A stretch of DNA of 61,908 bases, filler included, from Nitrospinota bacterium (lineage in GTDB: Bacteria; JAUXIQ01): the NCBI GenBank assembly GCA_030620925.1. It is 10 parts of 10 records of this genome, joined end to end, with 100 filler letters (N's around TTAATTAATTAA, not from the genome) between each part and the next. Parts side by side here need not be neighbours in the genome. Positions count along the whole stretch, not along the records: positions 48,646 to 52,834 come from JAUXIQ010000246.1; positions 52,935 to 58,024 come from JAUXIQ010000184.1; positions 58,125 to 61,908 come from JAUXIQ010000283.1; 7 more parts are not named here. The stretch is one strand, 5' to 3'. A program made the translations under genes and the position numbers. The notes beneath the pieces are model-generated. The model was not told the DNA's origin, ran no database searches, and saw only the letters and a program-made list of their open reading frames with translations. This document shows, in pieces, positions 49,938 through 59,041 of this stretch (its first letter is position 1; each line of letters begins with the position of its first letter).

Positions 49938-51113
49938 TCAGAAGCATAGAAAGGGCAGCTTGCGGGCCAGCTCTTCCAGGCTTGCAAGGTTGTGGGCGGG
50001 CATGAGATGGTGGACGTAAGGCATGGCCGCCTGCATCCCTTTGCATATAGGCTCATAATCTGGCAGACCGCACAACGGGTTGAGCCAGATGGTCCTGTAA
50101 GCGGATTGACGCAGGCGACGCATCTCACGGCCCAGCAGGTCTGCATCTCCCCTGTCCCATCCGTCGCTCACGATGATGATCACCGTGCGTGAATCTATCA
50201 TGGCGGGAGCATAGGCGGTATTAAAAGTTCGAAGGCAGCCTCCTATATCGGTGCCCCCCGACCAGTCCCTCACCTCTTTCCCCATCTGTGCGAAGGCTTC
50301 ATCTATACTGCGGTTCAGCAGCAGATATGTGATGCGCGTCAACCTGGTGCTGAACACGAAGGTCTCCACGGAAACCCGCCTGTTCTGCATGGCGTACATG
50401 AAGCGGCTGAAGAAGCGGCTGTAAGAGTCCATGGAGCCGCTGACGTCGCACAGCAAGACGATTTTTATCTTCTTGAATTTCCGCTCGCTCATGATGAGGT
50501 GCAGGGGCTCGCCGCCCTGTTTGACGATGCGCCTGAAGCTGCTCCGCAAGTCCACCATGTCTCCGCCTGCGCTGCGCCTTCTTCTGCGGCTGAGGCGGGT
50601 GCTGAGCTTCTTGGCCAGCTCATCTATGGCCCGCTGCACCTGGACCGCCTCACGGTCCATGAACAGGTCAAAGTCCTTTTCGCTGAGGATTTCAGCGGGG
50701 CTGTATTCTATGGCCTGGGGTTCCCGTTGGCGGTCTTTCTCCATGTCCAGCCGGGCATCTTCCAGAAGCCGGTCGATGACTATCTCATCATCGGAGAGCT
50801 CATCGGCTTCTCCGGTGGACGAAGCCCTCTTTCTGGCCTGGACCATGAGATTCTCGGTGCCCTCATCCGGATATTCCCAGAAGGTTTTGAAACATCTGTC
50901 GAATACCTTTATCTCGTGGTGATTGTTGGCCAGAGTGCAGCAGAGCGCCCGGTAGAAGTCGTTTCTGTTCTCAAGGCCGGTGCATGCGACTCCCTTTAAT
51001 GCGGCTAGAAGCTGGGCCATAGTTACTCCCACCCCTTCACTTCTGAGGAGGGAGGTGAAGTCGAGGATATTTTGCAGCAGATCACGGCCTTCGGATGATG
51101 CCGTCGTTTCCAT
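49938..51113 (-). CDS. CoxE-like VWA domain protein
   Basis: LCDVSGSM..YSR, E.FVF.TRLTRIT, WSGGT.IG, SDGWDRG and WLNP motifs. Confidence 0.9.
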   Translation of the reverse strand: METTASSEGRDLLQNILDFTSLLRSEGVGVTMAQLLAALKGVACTGLENRNDFYRALCCTLANNHHEIKVFDRCFKTFWEYPDEGTENLMVQARKRASSTGEADELSDDEIVIDRLLEDARLDMEKDRQREPQAIEYSPAEILSEKDFDLFMDREAVQVQRAIDELAKKLSTRLSRRRRRSAGGDMVDLRSSFRRIVKQGGEPLHLIMSERKFKKIKIVLLCDVSGSMDSYSRFFSRFMYAMQNRRVSVETFVFSTRLTRITYLLLNRSIDEAFAQMGKEVRDWSGGTDIGGCLRTFNTAYAPAMIDSRTVIIIVSDGWDRGDADLLGREMRRLRQSAYRTIWLNPLCGLPDYEPICKGMQAAMPYVHHLMPAHNLASLEELARKLPFLCF

Positions 51114-51167
51114 GGTTTATCTCTTTTTATTTCGCCGCGGCGTTGGCGAAAAGTATTCAGCCCCGAC

Positions 51168-52055
51168 TCATTCGTTTCTAGCTGCAGACAACAAGCGCTC
51201 CATATCCTGGCTCAGGAATTTGTTCATGTCTTCGTTGTTCTTGAACAGGCAGCCCAACGTAGTACGCAGTGTTTCTTCGTCCAGTCCGTCCTTGTGCAGA
51301 GAGATGAGCGCCATCGCCCAATCCAGCGTCTCCGATACCCCCGGTTTCTTGTAAAAATCTTCCTCCCGCAGAAGCTGCATGAAGTTGCATACCTGCTCCG
51401 CCAGCTTTTCTTTAATGCCGGGCACCTTGGTGTTTATTATCTTCAGCTCTTTCTCGAATGAGGGGTAGTCTATCCAATGGTAAATGCACCGTCGCCGCAG
51501 CGCGTCGTGTATTTCGCGAGTCCGGTTCGAGGTAAGGATTATGTGCGGCTGATGCCGGGCGGTGATGGTCCCTATTTCCGGGATGGTCACCTGAAAATCG
51601 GAAAGCACTTCCAGCAGAAAAGCCTCGAACTCTTCGTCGGACCTGTCTATCTCGTCAATGAGAAGGACCGGGGGCGAGCTTGCATCGGAGGTGATGGCCT
51701 CCAGCAGAGGCCTCTTCAGCAGAAACTCCTCGGAGAAGATGTCTTTCTTCACCTCCTCCTTTGATTTATGACCCAGCTCGCTGATGCGTATCTCCAGTAT
51801 CTGTCTGGGGTAATTCCACTCATAGAGCGCCGAATGGACGTCTAATCCTTCATAGCACTGGAGACGGATGAGCTGTGTGTCGTAGACCTTTGCCAGCACT
51901 TTGGCCACTTCCGTCTTTCCCACACCCGGCTCACCTTCCAGCAGCACCGGTTTCCGAATCATCTGTGCCAGGTAGAGGACGGTTGCAAGGGGCCTGTCCG
52001 TCACGTATTGGTTTTCGGTAAGCGCCTTCTCGATGGCTTCTATTGATTCGAGCAT
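51168..52055 (-). CDS. CoxD-like MoxR AAA+ ATPase
   Basis: LLEGEPGVGKT, RLQCYEGLD, LIDEIDR.DEEFEAFLLE and SNRTRE..DAL.RRC motifs. Confidence 0.92.
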   Translation of the reverse strand: MLESIEAIEKALTENQYVTDRPLATVLYLAQMIRKPVLLEGEPGVGKTEVAKVLAKVYDTQLIRLQCYEGLDVHSALYEWNYPRQILEIRISELGHKSKEEVKKDIFSEEFLLKRPLLEAITSDASSPPVLLIDEIDRSDEEFEAFLLEVLSDFQVTIPEIGTITARHQPHIILTSNRTREIHDALRRRCIYHWIDYPSFEKELKIINTKVPGIKEKLAEQVCNFMQLLREEDFYKKPGVSETLDWAMALISLHKDGLDEETLRTTLGCLFKNNEDMNKFLSQDMERLLSAARNE

Positions 52056-52321
52056 TCCGTCACCTGTAAAAGCAGAGTTGTAGATTTATCCGGCAATCAT
52101 AATGTCTGAGCTTTCTACTCCAATAGTCCGGTTAAAAAACTATAACATCGCGGCAATCGGGCCGTCCATACATTTTTACGGCCATCTCGTGCTGCCGCTA
52201 TTTAGCTCTAGCGTCATCGTTACAATCCATAATGACCTCTGAGTTGAAACTCTTGTGAGTCCCACAGAAATTATGTATAGTGAACGGGTAATAACGCTGT
52301 TCCTGGAGCCGGAGAAACGCG

Positions 52322-52834
52322 ATGACTGAACTTGATGTTGTAGGTAAATCGGTGCCCAGGGTGGATGCCCTGGACAAAGTTACCGGTGAGGCGGTCTACG
52401 CCGCGGATATAGAACTGCCGGACATGCTCTATGCCAGGATCAAGAGAAGCCCCCTCCCCCACGCCAGGATACTGAGCATAAACACGGAGAAAGCGAGCAG
52501 GCTTACGGGAGTCAAAGCGGTGCTTACCGGACGGGAAGTCGACCTCCCCCGATACGGTCAGGCCATCCGGGACAAGCAAGTATTGGCTACCGATAAGGTG
52601 CGCTACGTGGGCGACCCCGTGGCTGCGGTTTGCGCAGCGGATTCGGATACGGCGGAAGAGGCGCTGAGTCTTATAGAAATAGAGTATGAGGAGCTTCCCG
52701 CCGTCTTCGATTCCATTTCCGCCATGGCGCCTGATGCCCCCATAATCCATGAAGAGCTTGAGAGCTACGAAGCGCTATACAACTACACCCAACAGGGTAA
52801 TATGTGCGCCAGGATGCAGGTACATAAAGGGGAC
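52322..52834 (+). CDS. XDH-family molybdopterin subunit, N-terminal fragment
   Basis: VGK..PRVDA..KVTG.A.Y..D, RSP.PHARI and KVRYVGDPVAAV motifs. Confidence 0.9.
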
Positions 52835-52934
52835 NNNNNNNNNNNNNNNNNNNNNNNNNNNNNNNNNNNNNNNNNNNNTTAATTAATTAANNNNNNNNNN
52901 NNNNNNNNNNNNNNNNNNNNNNNNNNNNNNNNNN

Positions 52935-53712
52935 AAGGGTCGCCGGGGAAGATGAGGTCTGCGTTAAGATAATAGACGGAGCGTCCCCACTTTTTTTCCA
53001 GCAGGATACCGGCCGAAAAGTCCCACTCGCCGCTCCCGAAAGCTTTATCTTTATCGCCGGTGGGGATTTTCACCGCTCCCCGGACGCTGACCGCCGGAAA
53101 CCCGCCTTCCTTCACCAGCAACCGTTTGAGCCAGATAGACAAATCGCCCAGGCCGAAAACGTCTTCCCGGCCGGAGAGGAACGTCTGCCCTCCCTTGCTC
53201 AACCGGTAATCGAACTGGAATCCGGGCCGCTCCACCCTCAACCCTCGCTCCACGCCGGCAATCATCTCCAGGTCGAGTATGATATCGTCCATGAACCCGC
53301 GCCAGGTGTAGTAGAAAGGCAGTTCTATGCCCAGCTCGAGTCCGTTCCCGGCGCCGTAAACCAGGGTATAGGCGCTGCGGATGAACTCCATGTCGATTAC
53401 GACGTCTATATCGCCCGCGGTCTCTTCGTGGAGGACGTTTGACATGGCGATATCCAACCTTATCTCGTAATTGCCCCAGGGGAGAGGGATTGCCCTATCG
53501 GCAGGGGGTTGGAGGAAGAGCAGTTGTATGGGCTGTTGGTTTTTCCAGGGGAAAGGCCCCGGGTCGAAGTTCAGGCTCCGCCCCATCACGCTCGCTTGAG
53601 CGGTTGCGGAGAGGAGCGCGAGGGTGACGACTGCTATGAGCAATCCCCCGAGTATGGCTGATCGGCCGGACGTAAAGCTTTGCCCCGTTTTGCGCTGCCT
53701 GCGGTTATTCAA
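52935..53712 (-). CDS. Probable outer-membrane beta-barrel protein (DUF3187-like), 3' end truncated
   Basis: Signal peptide; GP...NQ.P; alternating beta strands; G.GD and K.PTG.....FGSG..D motifs. Confidence 0.6.
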
Positions 53713-53930
53713 ATAGATGCACCTATTCGGAAAAGGTCAAGACGTTCCTGCTTTTCTAAAGGATGGAAACGGGTTTTGCAAGGGAAAACTCGATTGATAC
53801 CGCTCGCTTCGATGAGGATACGGCTCCCTTGGGACACGCTGCGCGGCTGCAACTATCTGTTCCCAAAGGTTTATATTAAGGGTATAATGGCTCGTCTCTA
53901 TTCCGTTCATTTTTTGCAGGGAGGATAGAA

Positions 53931-55097
53931 ATGGCTGATACTAAATACGACGTGGTGGTGGTCGGCTGCGGGCCGGCGGGCTCGATGGCGGGCCGGTCGG
54001 CCGTCTTGAACGGCGCGAGCGTTCTTATCATCGAAAAAAAGAGCGCTATCGGTATCCCTAACCATTGTAATGAGTGTATAGCGGCGCCGCATCTATGGGA
54101 GGAACGGCTCGGCTTCAAGCTCAATCCCAGCGTCTATTCGCAGCGTATCACCAAATTCACCATCGTGGCGCCGTCGGGAGAGATGGCTCCGCCCCTGGAG
54201 AACGACTGCATCATGGTGGAACGCAACATTTTCGACCGCGCCCTGGCGGAGGAGGCCGTCCGCGCCGGTGCCCGCATCATGTTGAACACCAGGGTGGTGG
54301 ACGTTGTGAAAGAAGGGGATGCGGTAACCGGCGTGATGGTCCAGCGGGGAGACGTCAAAGAGAAGATAGGCGCGGGAGTTGTCATCGGTTGCGACGCCAA
54401 TAATATAGTGGCCCAGGCGGCGGGTATCCAGGGGCCGTATAACCCCAGCCATTGGTTGGTGAAGGAGTTTGCGGGTGTTAAGGGGCAGGACCCGGAGACC
54501 TGTTACACTTATATGAGCCCGCGGTTCGCCCCTGAGCTGCATGCGCCGCACATGCCCAAAGGGCCGGACACGGCGAACCTCTCGGTGGGTATACCCCAGG
54601 GCCACGACCTGACGCTAACAGATGCTTACGACGAGCTGATGAAACATCCCACGGTGAAAGAATTTTTCGGGGACGCAAGCCCGGTACGTATCTCCGGGGG
54701 GACGGCTCCCGGCGGCGGGTTGTGGCAGAAACCTTACGGTAACGGCGTGATGCTGGCCGGGGACGCAGCGGGACAAATGTGGGAAGCCAACGGCGGCGGC
54801 ATAAACCCGGCCATGATGGCGGGACATTTCGGGGGCGAAGTGGCGGCTAAAGCGGTGCAGCAGGGGGATACTTCGGAGGCGGTGCTGGCGGCTTATCATG
54901 AGAAATATCTCTCCACTATCGGTAAAACCAACGCCATCCAGCATGAGGCCAAGGAACTGTTGGACCGGGCTATCGTCTCGGATGAGCTCATCGAACGGGC
55001 GGTGACGGAGATAGGTAAAGAACTGGTGGGGCTGTATACCTACGCCCGCGGTTATACGGACGTAGTTCGAGACTGGCTTGAAGAGCAAAAAGCATGA
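53931..55097 (+). CDS. Geranylgeranyl reductase family FAD-dependent oxidoreductase
   Basis: DVVVVG.GPAG, EKK..IG.P..C.E, R..FD..LA..A...G and GDAAG......GGGI..A motifs. Confidence 0.85.
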   Translation: MADTKYDVVVVGCGPAGSMAGRSAVLNGASVLIIEKKSAIGIPNHCNECIAAPHLWEERLGFKLNPSVYSQRITKFTIVAPSGEMAPPLENDCIMVERNIFDRALAEEAVRAGARIMLNTRVVDVVKEGDAVTGVMVQRGDVKEKIGAGVVIGCDANNIVAQAAGIQGPYNPSHWLVKEFAGVKGQDPETCYTYMSPRFAPELHAPHMPKGPDTANLSVGIPQGHDLTLTDAYDELMKHPTVKEFFGDASPVRISGGTAPGGGLWQKPYGNGVMLAGDAAGQMWEANGGGINPAMMAGHFGGEVAAKAVQQGDTSEAVLAAYHEKYLSTIGKTNAIQHEAKELLDRAIVSDELIERAVTEIGKELVGLYTYARGYTDVVRDWLEEQKA

Positions 55098-55311
55098 GCA
55101 GGGGTGTAAGGCTGCAAGCCCCTGAAGGAAATATTTACTAACCCCGCCAATGGCGGTGATAGGCGAGTGTCCAGGGGGAACCGTTTTACAAAAGGGTTCC
55201 CACAGAGGGAGTTTGCGATAGAGGCTCAAAAAGCCTTCCTCAACGTTTTCCTCTTGACTGAAAGCACCCTGGACGATAGCCTGTATAGGCTTGTCGGAGA
55301 AAGGGAACACC

Positions 55312-55869
55312 ATGTATGAATACCGGGTACACGGACGAGGGGGACAAGGCGCCGTCGTGGGTTGCAAAGTTGCGGGCCTGGCGGCATCGCTTCAGGGTAT
55401 GCACGCCCTATCGCTGCCTCATTACGGGTTTGAGAGGCGTGGAGCGCCGGTTACCGTCTTCCTGCGTTTCAGCGATAGCCCGATAACCAACAGCAGCCGG
55501 GTCGACAACCCCGACGGTATCGTGGTGCTGGACCCCAAACTGTTGCAGCTTAAACAGTTGATAGTTCCCGGGTTGAAAAAAGGTGGCGTGGCCGTGCTCA
55601 ACACCAGGAAACCACCGCAAGAGATCGACCTGGAGGTTCCGTTATCGCGAGTGGCCACCGTTGACGCTACGGAAATAGCTCTCAGCACCATCGGCCGGCC
55701 CATCACCAATACCGCCATACTGGGCGCTTTCTGCGCCACCACGGACATACTGAAACTGGACTTCATCATCGAGGCCATAACCCGCCTGATGCCCGGCGCC
55801 AACCTTGACAAAAACCTGGAGGCCGTACGTATGGCCCACCAGAATACTGTAATAGAGCAGAGGGAATGA
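55312..55869 (+). CDS. 2-oxoacid:ferredoxin oxidoreductase gamma subunit (PorC/PadE-like)
   Basis: HGRGGQGAV, YG.ERRGAPV and NTA.LGA motifs. Confidence 0.9.
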   Translation: MYEYRVHGRGGQGAVVGCKVAGLAASLQGMHALSLPHYGFERRGAPVTVFLRFSDSPITNSSRVDNPDGIVVLDPKLLQLKQLIVPGLKKGGVAVLNTRKPPQEIDLEVPLSRVATVDATEIALSTIGRPITNTAILGAFCATTDILKLDFIIEAITRLMPGANLDKNLEAVRMAHQNTVIEQRE

Positions 55870-56156
55870 TAATGAGAGATGAAAAGCTCCCGACGGGGAT
55901 AGGCATACCGCTCACCGATGAGCTGATGCGGCAGGAAGTCGAGAGGTTGATGACCTGGTCGTGGCGCGTGTTCCGGCCCGAAGTGGACATGAGCAAATGC
56001 AAGATGTGCGGCATCTGCATCGAGTTCTGTCCGGAAGGGAACATGATCGAATACCAGGAACGCCTCTGCATCGATTACGAGATATGCAAAGGGTGCGGCG
56101 TCTGCGCCACGGAATGCCCCCATAAGGCCATCGACATGGTGCGGGAGGAGGACTGA
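55866..56156 (+). CDS. 2-oxoacid:ferredoxin oxidoreductase delta subunit, 2[4Fe-4S] (PorD/PadF-like)
   Basis: WR..RP..D..KC..C..C...CP and IDY..CKGCGVC..ECP motifs. Confidence 0.92.
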   Translation: MIMRDEKLPTGIGIPLTDELMRQEVERLMTWSWRVFRPEVDMSKCKMCGICIEFCPEGNMIEYQERLCIDYEICKGCGVCATECPHKAIDMVREED

Positions 56157-56158
56157 CC

Positions 56159-57370
56159 ATGGCTTCCAGAGCTCAAACCGCCGCCAGCCGGGAGACGGAA
56201 CAGACCGTTGATTTCCTCACCGGTAACGAAGCGGCGGCGCTTGCGGCGAAGATGGCCCGGGTGCAGGTCATCAGCGCTTATCCCATCACCCCCCAGACAA
56301 CCATAGTGGAAAAACTCGCTGAATATATCGCCAACGGCGACCTGGAAGCTCCCTGTATCAACGTGGAGGGGGAACACTCCTGCATGGCCGCCATATACGG
56401 GGCTTCCCTGACAGGCGCCCGCACCTTCACCGCCAGCAGCGGCCAGGGCATCGCCTACATGCACGAACAACTGTTCACCGTGCACAGCCAACGCCTGCCG
56501 GTGGTCATGGCCGTACCCAACCGCAACCTGGCCGCACATATTCTCTGCGACCACGGTGACACCATGGCCCAGAGCACTACGGGTTGGATGCAACTCTTCG
56601 CCGAGAACCAGCAGGAAGTATTGGATACCATCCTGCAGGCTTACAAGATAGCCGAGGATAAACGCGTGCTGATGCCTATAATGGTCTGTTACGATGGTTT
56701 CATAACCTCTCATACCGGCGCCACGATGAAAGTCCCCAGCCAGGAAGAAGTGGACAGTTTCCTCCCCTCCCGCGTAAACTACTACGATCAGGTGAACCCC
56801 GATGATCCGCTCGTTCTGCAGATTTTTCGCTACGATGTGATGCAGTTCGAGCGCGAGCACGATGAGGCACTGCAGGCGGCCAAAACCGTAATAGCCGAGG
56901 TCAACCGTGAGTACGATGAAATATTCGGCCGCACTTACGGGGACGGGCTGGTGGAGACTGTTCAGTGCGAAGACGCCGAAGCGGTGATTCTCACCTCCCA
57001 CTCCAGCGCGGGAATCGCCCGCACCGTGGTGGATGAGCTGCGGGGAGAAGGCGAGCGTATAGGGCTCATCAGGCTGCGCTCTTTCATTCCCTTCCCTCAG
57101 GAACGGATGCGCGACCTGCTGCCCGGTTTCAAGGCGGTGGCCGTGCTGGAGCGTAACGAGACACACGGCTCCGGCTGCGGCGAAATATACAAAGAGCTGC
57201 GGAGCGCGGCCTACGATCTCGATTCCAGGCCCAGGATACTCGATTTCATCGGCGGCCTGGGCGGAGCGGATATCACCATAGATCATGTGAGAAGCGTAGC
57301 CCGCGCCGCCCTCGAGGCGGCCAAAACGGGCAGCGTGGAGAAACAGGTAACCTGGCTCGACAAGCTTTGA
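56159..57370 (+). CDS. 2-oxoacid:ferredoxin oxidoreductase alpha subunit (PorA/PadG-like)
   Basis: GNEAAA, AYPITPQT, EGEHS, DGF.TSH and GLGG.DI motifs. Confidence 0.92.
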   Translation: MASRAQTAASRETEQTVDFLTGNEAAALAAKMARVQVISAYPITPQTTIVEKLAEYIANGDLEAPCINVEGEHSCMAAIYGASLTGARTFTASSGQGIAYMHEQLFTVHSQRLPVVMAVPNRNLAAHILCDHGDTMAQSTTGWMQLFAENQQEVLDTILQAYKIAEDKRVLMPIMVCYDGFITSHTGATMKVPSQEEVDSFLPSRVNYYDQVNPDDPLVLQIFRYDVMQFEREHDEALQAAKTVIAEVNREYDEIFGRTYGDGLVETVQCEDAEAVILTSHSSAGIARTVVDELRGEGERIGLIRLRSFIPFPQERMRDLLPGFKAVAVLERNETHGSGCGEIYKELRSAAYDLDSRPRILDFIGGLGGADITIDHVRSVARAALEAAKTGSVEKQVTWLDKL

Positions 57371-57421
57371 GTCCTTTTCGGGCGGGATGAACCCTGCCCC
57401 TATATCAAAAGGGTATTCCTT

Positions 57422-58024
57422 ATGGAACAGGAACCGACGTTTCAAGATTTCTACGGCAACCGGCTGACCATACCCCCCACGGTAGCCTGTCAGGGCTGCA
57501 CTGAAGTGCTCATAGGGCGGCAGGTCATAGAGACCATGGGTAAAGGGGTCTCCGTGATTTTTCCACCGTCCTGAGTGCCCTGGACCGGTCTGACCCGAGT
57601 CCCCTTGCGGTCGGCGATTTTCGGTTCCGCCGCCGCAGCCGCTTCAGGAGTGGTTGAGGGATACCGGGCCACCGGTCGGGACGACGTGACCGTCGTCGTG
57701 ATCGCAGGAGACGGGGGAACGCACGATATCGGGCTGCAATCCCTTTCGGGGGCGGCCGAGCGGGGCGATTCCTTCATCTGGATTTGCCAGAACAACGAGG
57801 CTTACATGAATACCGGCGGCCAGCGCAGCGGCGCCACGCCCAAATGGGCGCGCACGACCAACACGCCGGTGGGTAGCGTCATCAAGGGGAAACCTCAATG
57901 GGGTAAAGACATGATAGCCATCATGGAGGCCCATGATCTCCCATACATAGCCCAGGCCTCAGTTTCCCACATGAAAGATTTCAAGCGAAAAATCAAGAAG
58001 GCACACCAGATTACGGGCCGGGAA
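57422..58024 (+). CDS. 2-oxoacid:ferredoxin oxidoreductase beta subunit (PorB/PadI-like) with in-frame TGA at 57572-57574 (candidate Sec); 3' end truncated
   Basis: From ATG 57422: MEQEPTFQDFYGNRLTIPPTVACQGCTEVLIGRQVIETMGKGVSVIFPPS*VPWTG..., continuing in frame into the GDGG...NNEAYMNTG TPP motif. Confidence 0.9.
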
Positions 58025-58124
58025 NNNNNNNNNNNNNNNNNNNNNNNNNNNNNNNNNNNNNNNNNNNNTTAATTAATTAANNNNNNNNNNNNNNNNNNNN
58101 NNNNNNNNNNNNNNNNNNNNNNNN

Positions 58125-59037
58125 CCAGATAGACCCTGGCGACCGTATCCCCATCCACTTTCACCATTACCTCCACTTCGGTACCAGGGTCGCGGATAGC
58201 ATTAAACACTTCGCTCACCTCGGATTCGTTCTCCACCACTATCTTCACTCTGCTGGGGCCTCCTTCATCAGGTAGCCGGTAGCGGAACATGGCGAAGGAA
58301 CCGGTATAGACCGAGGAACCCTTTACTTCTCGCGAAAGGGAGAGCTCCACCTTATTCCCTTTTGAAACTTGGTATCCGGCCCGGGGGTTCTGCTTTATTA
58401 CTACGCCGGGAGGGAAACCCTTATATTCGCTGTAGTTGATTTTACCTATCTCGACATCCATTTCTTCCAAGAGCGCGGCTACTTCTTTGATATCCTTGCC
58501 CACTAGATCGGGCATTATATAGCTTTTCGGTTTAGCGCCCGCGCTTACCAGGAGGCCGATACGGCCTCCCTTTTCCAGCGTGGGGCCGGGCTGGGGAGTC
58601 TGAGCGATTACTGTGTCTTTGGGGTTAGACTCATCGTAGACCGTGGACACCCTGTGGAGCTTTAATCCTCTCTGTTTGATGGCCATCCTTGCCTCTCTCA
58701 AAGAATGACCGGTCAGCGCTGGGATAGTCATCTTTTTTTTGCCAAGGCTGAGAACGACCTTGATGTTCTTCTTCTTTTTAACCTTACTTCCATATTTTGG
58801 TTCCTGGGAAATGACGTAGTTTTCATCCACCGTGGGACTATATTCCTGACCCACCACAACCATGTTCAATTGGAGCTCGTTTAATGTTCTTAGCGCGGTT
58901 ACACTTTCCATCCCCGCCACCTGGGGGACATAAACCTCTCTGGCGGTAAAAACCACGTTCAACAGTATAAGTCCGCTCAGCACTCCAGCGCCGATAATAA
59001 CCAAAAAAATTATAATGTAATTGACTACACGTTGCAA
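58125..59037 (-). CDS. PASTA domain-containing membrane protein (three PASTA repeats, no kinase), 3' end truncated
   Basis: N-terminal TM followed by three 'P.(V/L).G....A...L......VI.Q.P..G......I.L..S' repeats. Confidence 0.88.
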
Positions 59038-59041
59038 CTCA

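Noticed and set aside
57575-58072. ORF-track 165-aa protein starting at GTG 57575
   Set aside because: It would lack the Fe-S Cys ligands and has no RBS; it is the downstream part of the gene starting at 57422.
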